DNA of 63,818 nt, counting the filler, from Saprolegnia diclina VS20 (taxonomy: Eukaryota): assembly GCF_000281045.1 (NCBI RefSeq). It is 4 parts of 2 records of this genome, joined end to end, with 100 filler letters (N's around TTAATTAATTAA, not from the genome) between each part and the next. Parts side by side here need not be neighbours in the genome. Positions count along the whole stretch, not along the records: positions 14,223 to 38,397 come from NW_008246094.1; 3 more parts are not named here. The stretch is one strand, 5' to 3'. Below, in pieces: positions 22,439 through 35,412 of this stretch; position 1 is the first letter of the stretch; each line of letters starts with the position of its first letter. A program made the position numbers and the translations under genes. The notes under the pieces are model-generated. The model searched no databases, was not told the DNA's origin, and saw nothing but the letters and a program-made list of their open reading frames with translations.

Positions 22439-23881
22439 TTAAAATAAGTCGTTGCCGGGTCGTAGCCAGTTGCGCCCTTGGCCCACGAGGTTGAACGACG
22501 GAGCGTTCGTCGGTGTGTGGTGTTTGGTGAGCACGCACCGCGCGTAAAAGGCGTACGCTTCCTCGTACTGTGCTTGGCGCTCGTCGTTGCCGCCCCACTG
22601 CCACCGGCTGCACGCCTCCAGAAACACGTTGTAGAGCGCGTGCTCCATCTTGGCGGTGCGGGCGACGCCGACGTGGCGACTGCGCTTTCGCGGGCGGATC
22701 TCATGCGGTCGAAGATTTTGGATCCCGCCGCAGCGCGCCTGGACGCGCCAGTGCTCGGCCATGATATTGACGTTCTGGATCGGCGGTAGTGTCGGGTGGT
22801 CGTACTGCAAGAAGATGTAGACAGTCGGCGGCGGCGCGGCCTTGCACTCTTGCTGCGTCTCGAGACAGTCCATGTGCGACCGTTTCGAGATCGGGTACAC
22901 GCTGCGATGGACCGTGAGCTGGTGGGACACGAGCGCGCCTTGCGTGAGAAAAGCCTCGTTGCAGCCGCGGGCTTTGCACGCGTACATCACTGGCGCTGCG
23001 ACGCAGTGCGGGTCGAAGCGCGCATAGACACAGCGCGGGCAGTCGCACCGACGCTGCGCGGCCTTGTACGCGAGCCAGTGGTGCCGGCGCGCGTGCGAGT
23101 GGGCGCCGATCGTCGCCTTCTCGTCGTCGTCGTCGTCGTCCACAGCATCGAGAGCCTCGTCCAGCACGCGCGAGTCCAAGAAGCAGTCCGATTTGATGCC
23201 GGCTTCGTCAAACGTGTGGTCGTTGTATGCCGTCATGAGGTCGTTGGAGCCAGTAGTTCGCTGGGATCGCTGCAGCGTCGAGGGCGGCGACGAGTCCCAC
23301 GCGGGCGACAAGGGCGCAGACAGCGCGCTGTACGAGAACTTGACGTTGGCTTCGGTGTCGTTCATCGCAGACGCCTCGTGGCCATCGTTGTAGAAAGAGG
23401 CCAGCGACCGGCCGTGCGGGTCCGCCTTTGTCTCGGCCTCGTCGCGGCCGCGCTTCATCGGACGCATGGGCGCGACCGCATTATTGCTTGGCTGGGACTG
23501 CGCTACGTCGAGGCCGGCGGCCGTGGCGACAGCACGGATCCGGGGCGCGTCGCGGACCCACGACTTGACGGCGCTCGAGGCTGCGCTGATCGATTGCGCC
23601 ACGGTGAGGATGCGCTCGCCACGCTGTACGCGCGCAATGGCGTCGACCTTGGTGGCGATCGTGATGGGCACAAAAGCTGTCTTGGCAGCCGGCCCGCGGG
23701 CGGCGACGGCTCGGATCTTGTCGATGCGCGCCGCCCACGAGACGATTGATGTGTGGTGCACGCCGTACTCGAGAGCGAGATCACGCACGCGCTCGCCGCT
23801 GCTGTGACGCTCGAGGATCTCAAGCTTCGTCGCCGCCGGGATCTTGGCCGTCGGCTTGCGCGGGTTTGGCACCGGCGCCAT
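22439..23881 (-). CDS. DNA-binding protein: two CENP-B-N/psq-type HTHs, a C2H2 finger and a CENP-B/Tc5-like segment
   Basis: TKLEILERHSSGERVRDLALEYGVHHTSIVSW; TKVDAIARVQRGERILTVAQSISAASSAVKSW; YACKARGCNEAFLTQGALVSHQLTVH; RKRSR..KMEHALYNVF. Start placed at MAPVPNP. Confidence 0.72.
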   Translation of the reverse strand: MAPVPNPRKPTAKIPAATKLEILERHSSGERVRDLALEYGVHHTSIVSWAARIDKIRAVAARGPAAKTAFVPITIATKVDAIARVQRGERILTVAQSISAASSAVKSWVRDAPRIRAVATAAGLDVAQSQPSNNAVAPMRPMKRGRDEAETKADPHGRSLASFYNDGHEASAMNDTEANVKFSYSALSAPLSPAWDSSPPSTLQRSQRTTGSNDLMTAYNDHTFDEAGIKSDCFLDSRVLDEALDAVDDDDDDEKATIGAHSHARRHHWLAYKAAQRRCDCPRCVYARFDPHCVAAPVMYACKARGCNEAFLTQGALVSHQLTVHRSVYPISKRSHMDCLETQQECKAAPPPTVYIFLQYDHPTLPPIQNVNIMAEHWRVQARCGGIQNLRPHEIRPRKRSRHVGVARTAKMEHALYNVFLEACSRWQWGGNDERQAQYEEAYAFYARCVLTKHHTPTNAPSFNLVGQGRNWLRPGNDLF

Positions 23882-24418
23882 GATGATTCTCCCAGCCAAC
23901 CAAGGTGTCGAATGGCCTTTTGGATTGGACCAGCCAAATACGAGCAACCAATCAAACGGCGCGCAATTCCGGTACGATCGAGCGTTGGCGCCAACACCGT
24001 TACGGCGCGGCGATGTTGTCGATGGCCTCGCATCGGCGGCGTCACTGCGAGGGCGTGTCGTGGAGGATATCGACTGGACGAGCCGCCAAGTGCTACGAGC
24101 GTGTATGCTTGAATACACGCTCTGCAAGGCTTTTCGCCGTTTCGCCGGGTCTGTACTCGCAGGCCTTTCTTCATCCAGTGTATTGGATACAGCATTTGTC
24201 GAGCGTCCAGCGTAGTGGGCGACTTCGTAGCGCACTGGGCTCCCATCACGGTCATGGCTGCTGCCGTGCGGGCAGTGTGGCGGTGTGGCGGGCAGTGCAT
24301 GAACCGTTGCATTTGATTGGTGAAAATTTAGAGTAATTGGCCAATCCAAGCTGTCAAATCGGTAGGATTTACAGCCAATGGCACCGGTGCATTCTGGGTT
24401 GGAACTTTCACCGATACG

Positions 24419-26784
24419 ATGGCCACCGAGACCGCGGACGCGTTCGAGGGCGCCGGCAACAGCAACACGTCCGGCGTCTTCACGCCGACGCCGGACTGCG
24501 TCGCCTCAGAGCATCTCTCGGGCGCGCCTCTTCAGCCCAACAACGTGTACTGGTCCATGGATGGCAAGCTCGCGGTCGTTGTCCACGACGGTATTATGAT
24601 CTCGACCTTTGTCAACAAGGACCTCTGCCGCTACCTGCTGCAGCCGCCGTTTGTCTCGCGGACCAACATTGCGCTCGCCAAGCGGCTATCGAACACGCGG
24701 TATCCACTGCCGCCGCCTGTGTTTTCAGAGGCGACGCCCACTGCCGTCGAGGCGCCGGGCACCGTCATGTACCGCATCATGAACTCGTTCGACGCTGTCA
24801 CGAGCGCCAACCCACGCGAGCTTTCGATGGCCAAGCCCGAAGTTGACGTCTTCCTCCAAGCGTCGTGGGGCCCGCGCGGTACAAAGCTCGAATCCACGCA
24901 ATTTGTCTCACTTTTCGTGGGTAGGCTCGGCGCCCAATGCAGCATGTGCCCTTCTGGCCTTGACGACGGCCAATCGCATCTTGCTGCACTTTCCATCGTC
25001 GTTAAACTTGAACTGGGAATGCTGCGCCGTGCTCTCGGACATAGTGGCCGCGCACATGGCCAAAGTCATGCCCTCCTACGGCCCGCTGCCCGACGATCCT
25101 TCCATTCTCGTGCCGCTGCCACGCGCCCTTAAGCGGCGCAAAGCCGACCTCTCGTACGCAGAGCGGTGCGACTTTATGGCAACAACGTGTCTGGCATGGT
25201 CGTCGACGTCGCTCCTTGCAATCTGCGGTCGCCGGCTCACAACGATCTGGCACTTTGATCTCCTCCGGTCCGGCTACCTCGAGAAGACGCCCCGGGTCGA
25301 GGTGGATACGGGCGCTCATGGCTGGTCGACGAGCGCTTCGTGGTCCACCGATTGCGAGACGCTATACGTTGGCACTGCCAGCAGCAAGATCTTGGCCATA
25401 GCGGTGGCCGACGGGTCGCTTCGTCGCATCTGGACAGCGCCGCGGCTTACACCAATGGCGAGTATCGCTGTTGGCGCAAACCATGTATTTGGCGCTTTCG
25501 GTGGTATGCTTTCTGCGTGGGCCATAGATGGCGACAACGACCAAGTACCCATCGTGTGGCCGGCCCACAACGGGACCATCTCGGTCATCGCCGTACAAGG
25601 CTGCGACAACACGCTCTTCTCGTGCGCAACTGACGGCGCTGTCAAGGCTTGGCATGCCGATGGTTCCCCGGCCGTCGCTCCGTACGCCGCATGTTTTCCT
25701 ACCTGTCTGGCTACAATGCTTCGTGCATAGGAACCTTCCGACCAAAGGGTACCCTGTGTACGGCCTGAGCATCTCGCCCAACGACGCCCAAATCTCGTGC
25801 ACGTACATTGTGCCGCCGGCCGCGCGCCCGTGCCGAACGACCCAAGCGGTAGCGTTGGTCGCAGACCGAAAAACCTCATGTGGATTGTAGGACACGACGT
25901 ACAGTCGCGTGAGCGGCGGCCTCGAGCACTTTGCGGCGCCGCTCGCCAAGGACGCGCCGACGCTGGCCGAGACGCTGCGGGTTGCGCTCGCTGCAACGCC
26001 GGCGCGCCTCGACTCGCTCTTTGACGTGCTCGCGCTCTGCTACCACGACTTGGTCGCGTGCACGGCCAAGGAATCCGAGCTGCGGTCGCTTCACGCTGAC
26101 ACGAGCGGCGTCCGGCCCATGTATCGTCCGGTCGCCGACGCGCTCGCGTCGCAGTACATTCAGCTCGACCACAGTGCCGCGTGGGCGGCCCCAACCTTTC
26201 TGCAAGCCGCGTACCAGATCTGGAGCACGGTGCCACCGTCGACCAAAGAGTGCCCGGCGTGGGTATTGCCTGCGATTCTGGCGCACGTGGCCGAACGACA
26301 GGTGCTCGCGGCGTCGACAGCTGCGTCGCTCAACCCAACCACGCACGTCGCGGCCCTTCTCATGGCCGACTACCTCTGGCATCTCTCGACGCGCAAAATG
26401 GATACCGCGCCTGTCTCTTTTGCGCTCAAGCCCAACACACGCACGGCTCTGCGGCAACTCTACTCTGCGTACGGCACGGCGGCCGACGTGGCACGTCTGG
26501 ACACCGGAGCGGGCGAGCTGCCTGTCCGCGAAGCCTGCGAGTTGTGTGCGGGACCTGTGCCGCTCACTGCGTCGATCTTGGAGCCGGTGTGCGCCAAGGG
26601 CCATGCCGCCGAGCGCAGTTTTCTGAGCTTCCGACTCGTCGCGACCGCGTCCGTGTGGAAATGCACCTTGTGCGGCAGCTTTGCCAACGTCGAGACGTCA
26701 CCGACGTTCTACTCGACGCATTCGGGCGCCGACCCGCTGCACTGCACGGTCTGCGGTAGCTACTGCCACCTGCTTACCTATTGA
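24419..26784 (+). CDS. GTF3C4: TFIIIC subunit delta/tau60-like, WD40 + C-terminal Zn finger (exons 24419-24878, 24925-25681, 25731-25848, 25891-26784)
   Basis: N-terminal WSMDGKLAV, WD-like strands, C-terminal EACELC..CAKGH..ERSFLSF..CTLC..CTVCG. Three canonical introns restore the frame. Confidence 0.75.
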
Positions 26785-26793
26785 GTAATGCGA

Positions 26794-27591
26794 TTACATT
26801 GAGTCTGGAAACGTAAGGCGCCAAAAGTCCTCGGGCGTCGAGTAGGGTTCAAAGCGCGCGCGGTGCCGGGAGCAGAGGTCGCGCTGGCCCTCAAAGCCTT
26901 CGCCGAGCGCATCAAAGTACTCGGTACACTGCAAGCAGGCGTGCCCGGGCAGCGCCGCCCGCTCGTCGCGCTTCCGGACGACCTCGATGTACCCATACGG
27001 CTTGGTGGCGGTCGTCGCCGATCGGTTTTCCGGACGTTGCACGTTCTCGTACGCAGGGCGTGCCACGGCCACGGTACTCGGTCCCGCGAATGGTGACGGT
27101 ACCGGAGCAGCTTTGCCCGGCCCATGGCTCGAGGATGTGGAGATATTGGCTGAAGGCCTTGCACGTTGAGGTAGCATTGTCAAGTCGTCTTCATCGCGGG
27201 TACGCTTGCGCTTGAAGGGAACGTCGCGGCCTGGAGACGCGGCTTGCCGGATCGCGGCAAACGTCTGGGCGCGGAGGGTCTTGGGGATCTTCGTCTCGGC
27301 TACGCGTGGCGCGCTAGGCCCGGTTCGCTTGGTCATTGTCGTCTCGGTCGGTTTGGCTGCCATCGTCGCCTTGGCCGGCTTCAGGACGGTCGTTTCCGTC
27401 GTCGGCGTCTTCTTGGCCTTCTGGAGGCGGCGCAGCGCCCGCTGGTACTTCTCGAGCACGACCTGCTGCTCCTGGAGCGTCTGCTGAAGGAGGCGGAAGC
27501 GCTTGGCGAGGACGCTGGCCTCGGTCTTGTGCACGCGGACCTGCTGCTGCAGCTCGGCGCGCTCGGTCTCCCACGCTGCTCTCTCGCTCAT
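26794..27591 (-). CDS. SAE2: CtIP/Sae2/COM1 DNA end-resection factor
   Basis: N-terminal coiled coil. C-terminal YIEVVRKRDERAALPGHACLQC..YF..CSRHRARF..STPEDFWRLTFP (CxxC, RHR, CDK-type TP site). Confidence 0.9.
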   Translation of the reverse strand: MSERAAWETERAELQQQVRVHKTEASVLAKRFRLLQQTLQEQQVVLEKYQRALRRLQKAKKTPTTETTVLKPAKATMAAKPTETTMTKRTGPSAPRVAETKIPKTLRAQTFAAIRQAASPGRDVPFKRKRTRDEDDLTMLPQRARPSANISTSSSHGPGKAAPVPSPFAGPSTVAVARPAYENVQRPENRSATTATKPYGYIEVVRKRDERAALPGHACLQCTEYFDALGEGFEGQRDLCSRHRARFEPYSTPEDFWRLTFPDSM

Positions 27592-27666
27592 CCCGCCGGA
27601 AATCAAATCAAATATGAAAGACCTCTGCAATATAATATATATTCAAGGAAAAAAACCTCTGGCAAT

Positions 27667-28845
27667 TTATTCGTCGTCGCCGAAATCGTCCTTGGGTTCC
27701 TACAGCGCATGTGAGCCTCGACAAAGACGCGCAAGAGACGGACCTTGGGCTCCATGTCTTCGCCATAGTTGATCGCGTGGTCGATGTGCTGCAAGACGAC
27801 GTCCATGCTGCCTTCGTCCGTAATGTTCATGGGCACAAAAGCGACCATGCTATAGTCGTTGATCTAGCCATGCCAGTCATGCATGGCATGGTAGAGGCGA
27901 GAACGCACCACGTTGCACACGGCGCGGCTCAGTGGCTGCCACTTGTCGTTCGTCGCTTGCGTCAAGCTCTCGAGAAGGTAGCCTGAGGACGGGTCGAGGT
28001 ACTTTTCAACTTCGAGCTCGTCGGCCAAGTCGCACTTGGTCAACACCTAAGGATTTGTGAGTCGAGATATGTTGGTCGTCGATGCTACGTACGTTGACGT
28101 GGGGCAACTCGAGCTGCACCATGGCCGAGAGCGAGCAAAGGACGCCCGAGATGAACTTGCTCGGGTCCGAAATGAAGAGCGAGTCGATCTAGAATCGACC
28201 TCAGTAGGTGCTCGACCATATACTCGTTGCACGTACAAGGTAGACGCCGCAGATCGAAAAGCCCCAGTCGCCCAAGGCCGCGCAGAGCGACTTCATCACC
28301 GGGAGATGCGAGTAGAGCTCGATTTGGCCTACACGAAAACCAGGTAGAACAAGATGTACTACTAGATCACATGGGATCGTACCAGGGCAGTCGAAGATAA
28401 AGTAGTCGTCGTCGCTGTACTCGACGAGAAGGTCCTGCAACCAGTCGAGGTTCTGGATCAAGTACCTACACATGGTTCGCATGAGCCATTTGAGTCGGGT
28501 TCGCTTGCATGACGCACTCCATGCAGTAGACGAGGCCGCCGTTGGGGCCGTAGCCAAGCTCTTCCATGACGTCCTCGAGCGAAATCAGGTCGCGAATATC
28601 TACAATGCCTCAATTGAGCTTCTCATCGACGGTACGCTTGCGCCGTACCAAAAGCCACGGGGTAGTCAAAGGTCTCGGCCGCCGGGTCGAGGTTCACGAC
28701 GTACGTCATGCGCCCGGTCGTGGCGCAGTGCTCGTGCATGTTCTTGCAGTAGGTCGACTAGAGACAATGAGGTTGTGGCGGCGCATGTGCAGCGAGGTAC
28801 CTTGCCCGTGCCCGCTGGGCCCATGACGATTTGGCAGCAGCGCAT
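27667..28845 (-). CDS. GPN3: GPN-loop GTPase 3 (about 9 exons)
   Basis: Spliced read: [28 protein letters not shown]..|[34 protein letters not shown]..|[32 protein letters not shown]. Confidence 0.93.
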
Positions 28846-29931
28846 GATGAGCTTAGTTGGTGGCCGCGATGGATTTCCGAGATATGGGCGATGGGTAAAA
28901 TGCGACCACGCACTTAAACGGATCGATCGCCGATTGGTGCGCGCCAATTCCCGCCTTGCCATTGGTCCATTCGAGATGCTCGGATGTGATTGGTTGAAAT
29001 CTTTGGGCGTCGAAAGATCGCGACACTGCGTGCCCACAAGATTGCCACGTCCCCAGTGCGCCACAAACGCGCCAGGTCCCGTGCCAAGGACGTTGCGTCA
29101 AAAGATAGGACTTATTCGCATGAACGTTCAGCTCCAAAGCGCTGGTTTCCAGGTGGTCTCGTCGGATCGTATCGAGGTATTGATCCTCAGGTCATCGCTT
29201 TGGTTGTAGTTGTCAGGTAGTATGGCACAGCACAGCACACGTGCCTGGACTCGCCACCGTTCTGGCAAAGGCTTGAAGGTCAACGCCTTCCTATCGGTTG
29301 CCATTTGAATACATTGTCGATCGTCGCGCCAACAGCATCGTCGCCAACCTCGCGCCACCGACGCCCTACATGACCGTGTCTGGCTGTACCAGCTCATTTA
29401 AACACACTATGACAGTCAGCCAATGTCGAACCTAACATCTGCGCTTGCCCTCGCAGCACCTGCATGCCAAGGGGCCCTATAAGCTCGATACCATGGTACT
29501 AGTACTGCGGTGCGACGACAGCTCTAGCTTGGGTGGGTAAATGCGGAGGGCGATAGGCGGATTGGTTTCGACTGTACCAGCTGCCACAACAGCACACGGC
29601 GCTGACGTGGGATGCTCTCACTCTTTGCGTGTGAACGACTAGGTACTTATTGTTCGAGGTCGGTCGTCCTCGATCACGATGGTGGCGCTACTCTAGAGTT
29701 GACTATGCAGGGGTTTCTCTGCCGAGAACCTCCGAGAACGCATGCGCGGGATAAAAATACGGCGCGGGGTCGCCATTTCTTTTGCAAACCAGCCAATTAT
29801 ATGGAACTTTGTATGCAAAGATGATAAAAATACCGTCGAAGGAATAATCGGATTGGGCGTTTGGGTTGCAAGCGCTATCAAGTTTTTAAATTGCCAAGTG
29901 GCAACCGAGGAGCGGCCGACGGAAGGAAGCG

Positions 29932-31829
29932 ATGCCAGCGGACGCCAAGACCCTCGACGAGAAGCACATCAAGGCCATCCGCGACTTCCAAAAGTCGTCC
30001 CAAAGCAACCGCCGATGCTTTGACTGCAACGAGATGGTGTCCATGCGGCCACTGCGGCTAATGCTCATGCGACGCGTAGGGCCCGCAATACGTCTGCCTC
30101 GACTTCAACACGTTCGTCTGCACCGCGTGCAGCGGCCTCCAGTACGTGCGACCATGAAGGCCCTGCTTAGCACCCTTGTAGCCGCGAATTTTCGCACCGG
30201 ATCAAATCCATCTCCATGTCGTCGTTCACCGACACGGAGGTCACCAACATTGTCAAGCACGGCGGCAACGACGTACGCCAATGCGCTAAATAGCATGGCG
30301 TCAAGCCCATTGTCTAGGCGGCGCGCAAGTACTGGCTCGCGCGCTTCGACGTCAACACGCAACCGAGCTCGAACCTCAACGCGCGCGACCGCATCCGCAA
30401 TTTTATTCGTGACACGTACATTGACCGACGGTACGCTACTTGAAAGGAGTTTGTCGCTCATGTATCGGGCTAGCTGGGTGCATGAAGAGCCCAAGAAGGA
30501 GGCGCCCAAGCCCATCGCTGCCAAGAAGCCCGCACCGACGCCCGTGGTGACGACGGACTTTAACCCGTTTCACCTGCCACCGCCTACGGCGAACCAGCAA
30601 ACGAGCGTCGCGTTTGGAGATTTCTCGAGCTTTGGTAGCACGACGAGCAGCCACACGACGCCCGCGTCGCCGGCCAATGACTTTGCCGATTTCAGCCAGT
30701 TTGCCTCTGTCCCTGCGTCGGATGCCGATTTCTCGCCATTTGCATCGACATCCAGCGGCTTTGACGCCGACTTTTCATCCCTGAGCAAGGCGGCACCGGT
30801 CGAAGTCGACTTTTTCGCGTCGCCCGTCCGCGAAAATACGACCGCATCGTCGTCATTCTTCGACACGATTCCATTGAGCGACCGTAAGTGGCGCAGCACA
30901 TTGCTGCATGCCCGTCGCAAATGTTTCATATGTCGGTCATTAGGCATGCCGTCGGTCAAAGCCACGCCGCCGCCCGCTGTTGCAAGCCCGTCGTCGTTCC
31001 CACCGTTCTCATCGCCGACACCCAACCCCTTTGGCGCCCAGAACCCGTTCGGTGCCTTTGACGACGCGCCCCAGACGGCCGATCCATTTGCAGCATTTGC
31101 CGCGCCGACAGCGTCGACACAAGACCCATTTGCTGGGTTCTCTTCGCCGCAGCCTGCGCGGGACATGTTTTCGTCGCCGGCGCCCACGTCATTGAGCGCC
31201 CCTTTCACGCCGCCGCGCCAGACCACTGTCGCGGATCCTTTTGCACCGACGCCGCCGCGTCACAGCACTCCTGTGTCTGATGCGTTCGCGCCGACGCCGG
31301 TCGATCCGTTCAACGCGTTCGACTCTCTTTTTGACGCGGTGCCGGCGCCGGTGGTCAAGCCGGTCGCCGCGCCTGTCGACTTGTGGGGCCACCCGCCACC
31401 GGCCAACAAACATCCCCACCACCAACCCCACGCGTCGCCGGTGAAGACCAACTCGACGCTGTACCACTCGGGCGCGAGCACGACCAGCTATCCGTCTGCG
31501 ACGCCGTTCGATCACGTACCCCTTCACCCGGGCAAGCCGTACGGAAGCCACCCCAAGGCCGACGTGCGCGCGGTCATGGACCCATTTGCTTCGCTTGACA
31601 TTGGCATCAAGACGACGCCGACGACACATTCATCGACGCACTTTGACTCGAACCCATCTTCTATGCAGTATGGCGCGTCCAACCAAACGTTCCCGTCCCA
31701 ACAACGCCCGCCGCAGCACGCGTACGGCGTCCCGCATCCGTACGTTTCTTCTTTGCTTTCTGCACGCGAATTCATGCAAGTACTAGGGCGGCCGTGCATG
31801 CAACGACCAACCCGTTCGACATGTTTTAA
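29932..31829 (+). CDS. ArfGAP with NPF/DPF-rich tail (AGFG/AGD14-like), multi-exon
   Basis: NRRCFDC..|GPQYVCLDFNTFVCTACSGLH|REFSHRIKSISMS..GGN. Many NPF/DPF motifs. Last exon ends TNPFDMF*. Confidence 0.88.
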
Positions 31830-31880
31830 GCCCCCCAATATTAACTCGTTTTTCTCTTTGCGGGCTGGACACGGTATAAC

Positions 31881-33115
31881 TCACGTCAACGTACCACGAT
31901 GGCGGTACGCCTCTTCGATCCGCTGGAGCACAATGTCGTGGAGCTCGTCGAGCGTGCTCTTGAACGAGTGCGTGTTGACGTGCACCTGCGTGAACGACCC
32001 TTTGTGGTCGAGCAGAGCGCGCTGGACGACTTGGAGGTTCTTGAAGCAGTTGGCGGCTTTCTCGAGCTTGTAGCGCGGGTCGGGCGACGCTTCAATGAAC
32101 GCCTTGTGGTCGCTTGGGTCGAGCGTGAGGAGGAACGGCACCACGATGCCGCCGGACGCGAGGTTGGCGACCTCTTTTTCGTACAGACGCGGGTCGACGT
32201 GCAGCCCCTCGATGATGAGCGACTTGCCTTCCTTGAGGCACTTGTCAATGTCACTGGTCACGCCCTTGCGCACAATGTCGCAGTCGGCCGCATACTGCTG
32301 CAGCAAGTCGGCTTCGGACGCAAACACCGTATCCGAGAACGAGGTTTCCGAGCGCCTACGCTCAAGCCATGCTCCTCGACTCAAGTGAATATGAAAAGAG
32401 TACCCCGAAAAGTTGCACATGAGCTCGAAAATGAGGTCGGTCTGGAGCACGCTCGAGAGATTCATGCGGTCCGCAAGCTATTCGCAGAAGCGATGATAGA
32501 GCTTCGCATGGCGTACGTACCTTGGTCGCGAGCGTCGACTTGCCCATGCACGACGTGCCGGCCAAGATGATGAGCAGCGGCGTGCGCGTTCGGTGGAACC
32601 TAGAGTCCCGGATCGTTGATCGTGCAGGTGTAGCGACGACGTACGTGCTCATCATGCGGTAGCACTCGACGTGCGACTCGCCGTAGCCGTACACAAGCAT
32701 CGTCTTGTACAAGAAGTTTTCAAACTGCTCTTGCTTGATGTCGGCGAGGCCCAGGTCCACAAGCGTCTACCGCGGCTATGAGCTTATCGAACGAAGGCGT
32801 GACGACCTTTTTGAGCTCGAGCGAGATGGTGACGGCGTCGCGCGAGTTGATCTTGGTCGAGACGAGCGCGCGGCAGACCAAGTAGCGCGAAAGCACGTAA
32901 AAGTGGTCCTCGACCCACACGCGGACCTTGACAAAGTCGTACTTGGACTGGTTGCGCTTCTCGGTCGTCGCTTCCGCCGGCGTCGGCGCCGCGTCGTCAA
33001 ACGTGACGCTATGCCCCGTGACGATCGTCGGTGGGCGGACGTGCGTCGGCGGTAGGCCGACGGGCGCGGGCGGCGTGTCCTTCTCGGCGCCGGCCGCTGG
33101 CTGCTGCTGGTGCAT
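31881..33115 (-). CDS. LPA1-like / 2-phosphoglycerate-kinase-like P-loop NTPase, multi-exon
   Basis: SKYDFVKVRVW..HFYVLSRYL..ISLELKK, YGYG..YRMM, PLLIILAGTSCMGKSTLAT, NLSSVLQTD, EGKSLIIEGLHVDP. Confidence 0.85.
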
Positions 33116-33335
33116 CCTGCTGGAAGATCCTCGGGATAATGTATTTATATCTATTTTGAGAGGTTTGTATGGAATCGGGAACCGCGGGTCCAAGCTGCGG
33201 GTCCAAGATTGCGTGAGAAATATCCGATTTCACAGGTCGATCAAGTGCAATTCCTTTACAACATACAGTAGGGCATTGCACCGATACTCTTTCCAGTAAG
33301 GGTTTTTTCGAAAGCTGGACCTTGATGTATTGATA

Positions 33336-34579
33336 CTAGAACGATTTGTCGGTGGCGTGCATGAAGAAGACGCCGCCTGTGCCAAGCTTGTGCTGCTGGT
33401 GCGACGCGCCGACTTCCCAGACGCCCCACATGACATCCGTGTGCTGCGACGACCAGAACGCCATGTGTGAGATCGGTAAGGGGCCGTACGGCCGGCCGTC
33501 GTTGTGAAACGTGGTCTCAAAGGTCCAGTTGTGTACCCCGTTGCGCTCATGCCGAGCTCCGTCGACACGAAAGGACTCGCCCTTGTTTGACACGCCGGCG
33601 CCAAATTGCATGCATGTCGAGAGCTTCATCGAGCCTTCCATGTACGGCCGCCCACTGCCGAGACGGTACGAGATGCACCACGCGTCATGGATGGGCATCG
33701 CAAGAGTGTCGTCGAGGCGCTCGTTCGCCTGCTTGGCGACGATGTAGCCTTCCCAGACGTCAATGTTGAGGCACACAATGCTCGCGTTCGGGAAGAGCAT
33801 GTTAACAAGGGCGCGCGAGGCATGCTTGGTGGGCCCGGGTCCGCACTCAGCAACGCGTGGTGAGAGGAGAAGCTCCTTTAGCACGCGGTCACCTACGGTC
33901 AAGAATACTTATTTCAATTGGGTTTGGGTGATTGAATGGACCCCGCAATTGGTCGATCACGGCCACAAAAGGCGATGGCACCTCGGATTGGTTGGACGAC
34001 GACGGACGCTGAGCAACGCAGTTGCCCAACGCCGTGCATGCGACGTCACAAATGCCCATGACGTTGGAGCTCAGAAGCCGCAGGAGGACCTTGATGACGT
34101 GGTGGCGCCCGAGCTCGTCGTGCGTCACCATGTCGCAAACATTTGCTGTGAGCTGCACCATCGCGAGTAGCTGCGACTGAATACGCTCCTTGATGTCTCG
34201 GTTGATGTACCCGAGGCTAAACGCGTTTTGACCGAGTACGTACGTGCAGACCGCCGTGGCCGCAGACAACGCATCGTACTTGGCCCAGCATTCAGTGCGC
34301 CACGATCCATGTCGACCCCGCGAGAGATGGAACAGCTCCGTCCCCACAAGCTCCCACATCTATGTTGGAATTGGTGTGAGTTGGTTGTCGTCGATTGTTG
34401 ACCTCGGATGCTTGGGCGTCATGCCAGATTGTTCGACTAGAAAGCATCAGCGCGATCTGGTCACAGCGCTCGAGAGACACAAACAGCCGACTGCCAATGC
34501 CCACAGGAATGGACGACCATGCTTTCTCAAACCAGCTTGGGCAAGACTTGGCTGCCATGCATGCGACCTTTGTGGACAT
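33336..34579 (-). CDS. Hypothetical multi-exon protein (ARM-like segment + beta-rich C-terminal domain); 5' end uncertain
   Basis: Adjacent minus-strand ORFs with protein-like composition (LLRLLSS..DVACTALGNC; MWGVWE..GGVFFM). Confidence 0.45.
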
Positions 34580-35412
34580 TGCTCGTTTGGGCTAGCTTCG
34601 TTACAAAAATACCGCCAGTTATTCGTATTTCTACGAAACAGCTTGATTGTCTTTTGTTTTGCTAAAAATATATAGTCTTCTATCGGATCCTGTATGTCGC
34701 ACTTTTTGCCTTGCTAAGGACACAAAAGTGCACTTTCGTCTCAATTTCGCTCAGAAGATGAATTTGTACAGGCAGACCGACAAAGTCTGGATGGACACCT
34801 CTTGTCCATTTATTTATCGACCTCGTGATGATTTTCAACTTTTCTTTTCAGCGACACGAGCCAAGACACACCGTCAGGTTACACGTGATTATTCGATAGG
34901 TAGCGCNNNNNNNNNNNNNNNNNNNNNNNNNNNNNNNNNNNNNNNNNNNNNNNNNNNNNNNNNNNNNNNNNNNNNNNNNNNNNNNNNNNNNNNNNNNNNN
35001 NNNNNNNNNNNNNNNNNNNNNNNNNNNNNNNNNNNNNNNNNNNNNNNNNNNNNNNNNNNNNNNNNNNNNNNNNNNNNNNNNNNNNNNNNNNNNNNNNNNN
35101 NNNNNNNNNNNNNNNNNNNNNNNNNNNNNNNNNNNNNNNNNNNNNNNNNNNNNNNNNNNNNNNNNNNNNNNNNNNNNNNNNNNNNNNNNNNNNNNNNNNN
35201 NNNNNNNNNNNNNNNNNNNNNNNNNNNNNNNNNNNNNNNNNNNNNNNNNNNNNNNNNNNNNNNNNNNNNNNNNNNNNNNNNNNNNNNNNNNNNNNNNNNN
35301 NNNNNNNNNNNNNNNNNNNNNNNNNNNNNNNNNNNNNNNNNNNNNNNNNNNNNNNNNNNNNNNNNNNNNNNNNNNNNNNNNNNNNNNNNNNNNNNNNNNN
35401 NNNNNNNNNNNN

